Origin: Candidatus Latescibacterota bacterium
GTDB taxonomy: Bacteria; Latescibacterota; UBA2968; GCA-2709665
Length of the DNA: 64,000 nucleotides
Direction of reading: 5' to 3'
Assembly: GCA_965248435.1 (NCBI GenBank)
Contig: OZ252100.1
Span: 4,914,102-4,978,101 of the forward strand
The translations under genes and the position numbers were made by a program. This document shows positions 58,647 to 64,000 of this stretch, piece by piece. The first letter of the stretch is position 1. Every line of letters begins with the position of its first letter. The notes beneath the pieces are model-generated. The model ran no database searches, was not told the origin of the DNA, and saw only the letters and a program-made list of their open reading frames with translations.

Positions 58647-60443
58647 ATGTTCACATTCACGACGCGTCCGGTCATCATGGGAAGACGGGGCGTTGTTACA
58701 TCGGGGCACTACCTGGCGACGGCCGCCGGGTTTCGAATTATGGAACAGGGAGGCAACGCCATAGATGCCGCGGCATCGATGGCGTTCTGCTTGAATCTCC
58801 TCGAGCCGCACATGAACGGCATTGGTGGTGAGGTGCCCACGCTCATCTACTCCGCGAAGGAGCAGAAGACGTTTTCGATCAGCGGAATGGGCTGGTCGCC
58901 CAAGGCGTTTACGATATCGTGGTGCAAGGAGCGTGCGATCGACCTGATTCCGGGCGACGGCTACCTGCCGACGTGCGTGCCTGCGTCCGTGGACACCTGG
59001 GCGGTTGCCGTCTCGCGCTTCGGAACCCAGTCTTTTTCCGAGATCCTGCAGCCTGCCATCGAGCTCGCGAAGGAGGGATTTCCTCTTTACGAGACCCTGC
59101 GCGAACATTTGGAATCGGATGCGGAGTTCTATCTCGAGAGGTATCCCACAACGGCGGAGATCTACTGTCCCGGAGGGCGCATTCCGGAGGTCGGGGAGAT
59201 CATTCGGAATCCGGATTGGGCGGCGACGCTGGAGCTGATGTGCAGTGCCGAGCAGTCCGCAAAGGGGAATGGACGTGAGGCCGGGATCGAGGCCGCCCGA
59301 GACGTCTTCTACAAAGGAGAGATCGCGGAGCGGATGGTCGACTTCGCGCAGAACACTCCTGTGCTCGACGCCACCGGGGAGGAACACGCCGGACTTATCT
59401 CTTATGAAGACATCGCCGAGTGGCGCGCGGCTGTGGAAGCGCCGGTGAGCTTCCCGTTTCGCGGGCTGGACGTTCACAAATGTTCGTCCTGGACACAGGG
59501 CCCGGTCTTCCTGCAGCAGCTGGCCCTGCTGGATGGCTACGATCTGGCCGGGATGGGGCTCAACTCTGCAGACTACCTGCACACACTCATGGAGTGTGCC
59601 AAGCTGGCCTTCGCGGACCGCGAGGCCTACTACGGGGATCCACTTTTCGACCAGGTGCCGTTCGATGTGCTCCTCTCGCTGGACTACAACTCCGACCGGC
59701 GGAAACTTATCGGTCCGGATGCATCGATGGAGATGCGACCGGGGGACGTGGGAGAAGGCCTACCGGCGTTCGCGACCGTGGATGTGGTGGAGGACAATCG
59801 GAGGGCCATGGGCCTGGAGGGTGCGATTCGAGAGGTGTCACCCAAGAGCGGGAACCCGGGAGATACGACGCATCTGGACGCCGTGGATTCAGAGGGGAAT
59901 ATGGTCGCCGCCACACCGAGCGGCGGATGGATCAAATCTTCTCCGGTCATCAAGGGCCTGGGGTTCCCTCTGGGCACCCGGGGTCAGATGTTTTACCTGA
60001 ACGCGGATCGCCCGAATGCCCTGGAACCGCGCAAGCGTCCACGGGCGACGCTCACGCCTACGATGGTCACACGTCAGGGCAGGCCCTACATGGCGTTCGG
60101 CACGCCCGGGGGAGATACACAGGACCAGACGACGCTCCAATTCTTCCTGAATTATGAGATCTTCGGCATGAACATCCAGGAGGCAATAGACGCGCCGACA
60201 GCACATTCGAGTCACTTCCCCTCCTCGTTTTACCCCCGCGCCTCCCATCCCGGGCACATGACGGCGGAAGGCCGGATCCCTTCCGATGTGATCGCGGAAC
60301 TTCGGAGACGAGGGCACGAGGTGGACATGACCGGAGACTGGGCGACCGGCAAGGTCATGGGGATTCGCTACGATGAAAAGAAGGGCGTGATCTGCGGTGG
60401 TGTCTCGCCGAGGCGGGCGGTGGGATATGCAATAGGTTGGTAG
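58647..60443 (+). CDS. gamma-glutamyltransferase family protein
   Basis: 598 aa. Autoprocessing and nucleophile motif 'TTHLDAVD'. No signal peptide. Confidence 0.75.
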   Translation: MFTFTTRPVIMGRRGVVTSGHYLATAAGFRIMEQGGNAIDAAASMAFCLNLLEPHMNGIGGEVPTLIYSAKEQKTFSISGMGWSPKAFTISWCKERAIDLIPGDGYLPTCVPASVDTWAVAVSRFGTQSFSEILQPAIELAKEGFPLYETLREHLESDAEFYLERYPTTAEIYCPGGRIPEVGEIIRNPDWAATLELMCSAEQSAKGNGREAGIEAARDVFYKGEIAERMVDFAQNTPVLDATGEEHAGLISYEDIAEWRAAVEAPVSFPFRGLDVHKCSSWTQGPVFLQQLALLDGYDLAGMGLNSADYLHTLMECAKLAFADREAYYGDPLFDQVPFDVLLSLDYNSDRRKLIGPDASMEMRPGDVGEGLPAFATVDVVEDNRRAMGLEGAIREVSPKSGNPGDTTHLDAVDSEGNMVAATPSGGWIKSSPVIKGLGFPLGTRGQMFYLNADRPNALEPRKRPRATLTPTMVTRQGRPYMAFGTPGGDTQDQTTLQFFLNYEIFGMNIQEAIDAPTAHSSHFPSSFYPRASHPGHMTAEGRIPSDVIAELRRRGHEVDMTGDWATGKVMGIRYDEKKGVICGGVSPRRAVGYAIGW

Positions 60444-60669
60444 GTTAGGCGGGATCACGAAGGGACACGAAATCCCACGAAGAATACGAAAGACAGCCAG
60501 GAGCGCCGGAGCTGGAGTAATGGGGGTATGGAGAAATGGAAAGGCAGGCTTTGGAGTACTCCATCACTCCAGTAGTGCAATACTCCAGGATCGGGAGGCT
60601 GAAAGGTTGCGGCATCGGACGAATCAAGTGACGAAGCAATAGAAAGGCAAACACATTGAGGGGATCAAC

Positions 60670-61428
60670 GTGAACATCAGACCTAACCGCGTTAAACGCA
60701 AACTGGACGCAGGTGAGATCGCGATCGTCGCGAACGGATTCGACCGGGCCGACGATGTGGATGCCTTCGGCCCGTGCGGTTTCGACGGCGCCTGGCTGGA
60801 AGGTGAGCACGGTCCCGTCGACGCCGCCACGATCGGAGACCTCACGCGGGCGTGCGATGTCTGGGGGATGACCTCCGTCGTTCGATTGAATCGGAACGAT
60901 CAGGCGTTGATCTACCGCACGTTCGATCTGGGCGCACAAGGGGTGGTCATTCCGCACGTAAACACGAAGGAGGAGGCAGAAAGCGTCGTAAAAGGCGGCA
61001 AGTTCCCTCCAGTCGGTCTCCGCGGTGTGTATACGGGGCGGCAGGGTTTCAGCGTTCCCGACTACCACCATATCGCAAACGACGAGACGCTGCTGATCAT
61101 CTTGATCGAGGATATCGTCGCGGTCCAGAACCTGGATGAGATCCTGGAGGTGGATAACATCGACGTGTTTCTTGTCGCACCCTCCGATCTATCGGCCTCC
61201 ATGGGCCACATCGGAAACCTCCAACACCGGGAGGTCCAGAAGACGCTCGATGAGGCACACCAGAGAATCATCGCGAGCGGTCGGACGGCGGGCGCACTGG
61301 CGAAGAATGAAGATGTGGCGAGATACGTCTCCGCGGGTGCACGTTTTCTGCTGACGGCATCTAAACATTGGATCGCTGCCGGTGCGGCCGAGTTCAAACA
61401 GCGTGCGGAAGAGGCGCAGAGCGGCTAG
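60670..61428 (+). CDS. HpcH/HpaI aldolase / citrate-lyase beta-like family protein
   Basis: TIM-barrel aldolase motifs. GTG start. Confidence 0.65.
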   Translation: MNIRPNRVKRKLDAGEIAIVANGFDRADDVDAFGPCGFDGAWLEGEHGPVDAATIGDLTRACDVWGMTSVVRLNRNDQALIYRTFDLGAQGVVIPHVNTKEEAESVVKGGKFPPVGLRGVYTGRQGFSVPDYHHIANDETLLIILIEDIVAVQNLDEILEVDNIDVFLVAPSDLSASMGHIGNLQHREVQKTLDEAHQRIIASGRTAGALAKNEDVARYVSAGARFLLTASKHWIAAGAAEFKQRAEEAQSG

Positions 61429-61499
61429 GATTGTGGCGGTGTCCGTTTGTCGGAATCCCTAATGCCCAACCCTGAGCCGGCCGACTTAAACGGCGAATT

Positions 61500-62165
61500 G
61501 GATCCGGTAGGAGCCAGCTCCTGCTGGCGAACCCCTGAATGGGGATTCATATTCAGGGGGCGTATCAAACGAGGATCACAAGGTTCACAAAACAATGCCT
61601 CCGGCGGCCAACTTTTCTTGCTCGCCCAAGAAAAGTTGGACAAAAGAAGGGCTCCCCTCAAGTGCCGGGGAGGCTGACTTTTCCGCGAACCGTCTCAGTG
61701 ACCCTAGAGATATTTGTGTCCTTGGATCTTTTGTGGTGTCCACAAACGGGAGTGCTTGACGGATAAGCGCGGAAAATTCCCACCCCACCCCACGAGCAGA
61801 GTGAATAAAATTGTATCCGGTAGGAGCCAGCTCCTGCTGGCGAACCCCTGAATGGGGATTCATATTCAAGGGGCGTATCAAACGAGGATCACAAGGTTCA
61901 CAAAACAATACCTCCGGCGGCCAACTTTTCTTGCTCGCCCAAGAAAAGTTGGACAAAAGAAGGGCGCCGCTCAAACGCCGCGGGGGCTGGGGCCGCGGCA
62001 CCTCACCCTCAGTGGAAAGGACGGTGGCGGCAATCAGGGCGGGACTCCTGCCCCTCCTGACGCCCACTATGGGACCGGCCCAGAGGGCCTAACCGCGTGG
62101 GAGGTGAAAGAACGAGGTTGCAAGGGAGTCGCACACCGCGGCCCTGATGGGTTTCAGTGATCCTT
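61500..62165. repeat. two tandem R1 copies (A-B-C1 then A-B-C2)
   Basis: Module A recurs at 61509 and 61820, about 95% identical. The two units differ only in the C module. Confidence 0.7.
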
Positions 62166-62430
62166 TTCGTGGAGTACACCTCGTCTAGTGGATGAGTAGG
62201 GTGGATCTGACGAGATACGCTTCACGAGATACGAGATGCGGTAACAAAGTCCCCTCTTAGGTCGGGGTGGGTTACGATCGCGGCGCCGGACATGAATTTC
62301 CAAAGCGGGGAGTAGTCTCTTCGCAAAAGGCATACTTCCCCCTTTCCGAAAGGGGGACTGAGGGGGATTTCAAATTGAATCACGATGACTCTTCAGATTA
62401 TTTGAGCAGGGTAAAGCCCGGGTCCAACAC

Positions 62431-63441
62431 ATGGCGAACAACCAACTAAGCGCGGCGGTGATCGGGTTAGGGGTCGGTGGCAGGCATATCACCGCCTACA
62501 GAGAGGCCGGTGCGGACGTGCTGGCCATTTGCGACACGGACGAGGACATCCTTGGACAGGTCGGGGATGTTTATGGGATAGCGGATCGCTATACCGATTT
62601 TCGTGAGCTGGGGATGCGGGACGACATCGATGTCGTGTCCGTATGCACCCCCGCTCATCTGCACACCGATCCCGCCGTGGCGATGATGGCTTCAGGGAAG
62701 CACGTCCTTATCGAAATGCCGATGGCTTCTACTTTCGAGGATATAGAACGGATCGTAGACACGGCGCGGCGGACGAACCGGAAGGTGATGCACGGAGGTC
62801 AGGTCGCGTACAGCGAGGCATTCGACGAGATCAAGCGAGGGGTGACGTCAGGCGAATTTGGTGATGTCTACTACGCCGAGGGGGATTACATCGCCAGCCG
62901 TTTGGATCTGCTGCGGGGCGGGTGGCGGCAGCATCTCCGTTCGAACTATAACGTCGTCGCGGACCGGGGCGTCGTACCCATAGACGTAGTGCAGTGGATC
63001 GTTGACGATGCCCCCACGGAGGTTATGGCATACGGGAACGGAATCGCCGGGCGTGGAGAAGGGCTTAAGGCCACCGACTGCATCCTCTCCATGATTCGCT
63101 TCGAGGGTGGGTGCATTGCAAAATCGCTCGTCACGATGGGTGCCGCGAGGCCGGGGTTCAGGAATCTGCAGATCTATGGAACGAAGAAGACGTATGTGAC
63201 CGAACCCTCACCTCCGGGTCACCTCCTCTCGGATGCAGAGTCGCGCAGGTGGACGCATCTCGAGTTCAAGGAGGATCGACGTGACGCACGGAGGTCGTTG
63301 ATCGCGGACCTGTTGTGGGCGATCAAGACAGATACCGAGCCCCGGGCGAGCCTGGTTCAGGCGGCGCGCACGGCGGGGATCTGCGCGGCGGCGTTCGAGT
63401 CATTGAAGGCGGGAAGGCCAGTTAAAGTGCCACAGTTTTAG
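62431..63441 (+). CDS. Gfo/Idh/MocA family oxidoreductase
   Basis: 'AVIGLGVGGRHITAY' Rossmann motif and an 'EMP' motif. Confidence 0.7.
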   Translation: MANNQLSAAVIGLGVGGRHITAYREAGADVLAICDTDEDILGQVGDVYGIADRYTDFRELGMRDDIDVVSVCTPAHLHTDPAVAMMASGKHVLIEMPMASTFEDIERIVDTARRTNRKVMHGGQVAYSEAFDEIKRGVTSGEFGDVYYAEGDYIASRLDLLRGGWRQHLRSNYNVVADRGVVPIDVVQWIVDDAPTEVMAYGNGIAGRGEGLKATDCILSMIRFEGGCIAKSLVTMGAARPGFRNLQIYGTKKTYVTEPSPPGHLLSDAESRRWTHLEFKEDRRDARRSLIADLLWAIKTDTEPRASLVQAARTAGICAAAFESLKAGRPVKVPQF

Positions 63442-63442
63442 G

Positions 63443-64000
63443 TCCGCGAACCGTCTCAGTGACCCTGGAGATATTTGTGTCCTTGGATCTTTTGTGGTGT
63501 CCACAAACGGGAGTGCTTGACGGATAAGCGCGGAAAAGTCCCACCCCACCCCACGGGCATCGTGAATGAAATTGTATGCGGTAGGAGCCAGGAACCTCTG
63601 AATGGAGCTTTCATATTCAAGAGCCATATCAAACGAGGATCACAAGGTTCACAAAACAATGCCTCCGGCGGCCTACTTTTCTTGTCTCGCCACAAGAAAA
63701 GTAGGCAAAAGAAAGGCGCCGCTCAGGCGCCGCGGGGGCTTTGGCCGCGGCACCTCACCCTCAGTGGCATAAACAGTCCACGGCAGGAAGGCCAAATCCT
63801 CACCACGCGCTCACGATCACTGAGGAACCAACCCGCTGGGATGAGAAATGGTCTGGTTGCATGGGAGTCGCACACCGCGGCCCCGACGGTTTTGAGCGAT
63901 GACATTGCTTTCGTTCAATTCTTCCCCCTTTGGAAAAGGCCTGTCCCGAGCGAGCATGCGAGTCGAGGGAGGGACTGAGGGGGATTTCAAGATGCATCAC
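63443..64000. repeat. R1 composite copy (C1 + A + B + C3 + R2), truncated by the window end
   Basis: Begins 2 nt after the stop of the 62431 gene. Confidence 0.65.

Noticed and set aside
13081-64000. CRISPR array formed by the recurring ATGCCTCCGGCGGCC-containing repeats
   Set aside because: The repeats are 200-850 bp, modular, and irregularly spaced tens of kb apart with genes in between. There are no short, regularly spaced direct repeats with unique spacers, and no cas genes.
1-64000. rRNA or tRNA genes
   Set aside because: No cloverleaf-like ~75-nt segments ending in CCA and no 16S/23S/5S signatures were recognised by eye. The structured non-coding segments all belong to the R1/R2/attC-like repeat families. 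A tRNAscan or Infernal run would be needed to exclude them formally.

Overview
High-GC (~62-65%) bacterial chromosomal segment, probably from an uncultured environmental lineage. It is dominated by catabolic and housekeeping genes: sarcosine-oxidase-like soxB/soxD, two PhyH-family dioxygenases, a CocE/NonD hydrolase, nrfHA nitrite reductase, proA, kbl, a gamma-glutamyltransferase (GGT), several SDR/2-hydroxyacid/Gfo-Idh-MocA oxidoreductases, and a sugar-acid-like operon ending in a LarA homolog. Four things are not ordinary. (1) A lower-GC island at ~30.8-40.6 kb is bounded by two tyrosine-recombinase remnants. It contains what reads as a degenerate chromosomal integron: a 5'-truncated IntI-like gene whose C-terminal motif 'IRNPLD' matches the IntI-specific 'GVRSPLD' ending I recall, a GTTAAC attI-like site, and five or six co-oriented minus-strand cassettes. 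The cassettes encode a BNR sialidase-like protein, three APH-family kinases, a histidine kinase and a cupin. Each is followed by an 85-160 bp imperfect palindrome bounded by TAAC...GTTA, which I interpret as attC sites. (2) An abundant modular structured repeat family, about 12 copies and roughly 10% of the window, is built around the motif ATGCCTCCGGCGGCC plus hairpin modules. It shows stem covariation and a captured amidohydrolase 3' fragment. A second module is a C5T3/A3G5 hairpin followed by 'GAGGGGGATTTCAAAGATGCATCAC'. (3) Tandem GATCGTG-type heptamer arrays sit in the intergenic spacers of one plus-strand operon. (4) An IS3-family element with an A_AAA_AAG slippery site lies between two ~85% identical paralogous TIM-barrel genes, a deleted IS3 remnant lies elsewhere, and an IS30 element lies beside a frameshifted MFS gene. 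A HigBA toxin-antitoxin pair and three single-nucleotide frameshifts (PhyH, SPFH, MFS) are also present. No rRNA, tRNA or CRISPR array was seen. Repeat coordinates are approximate.
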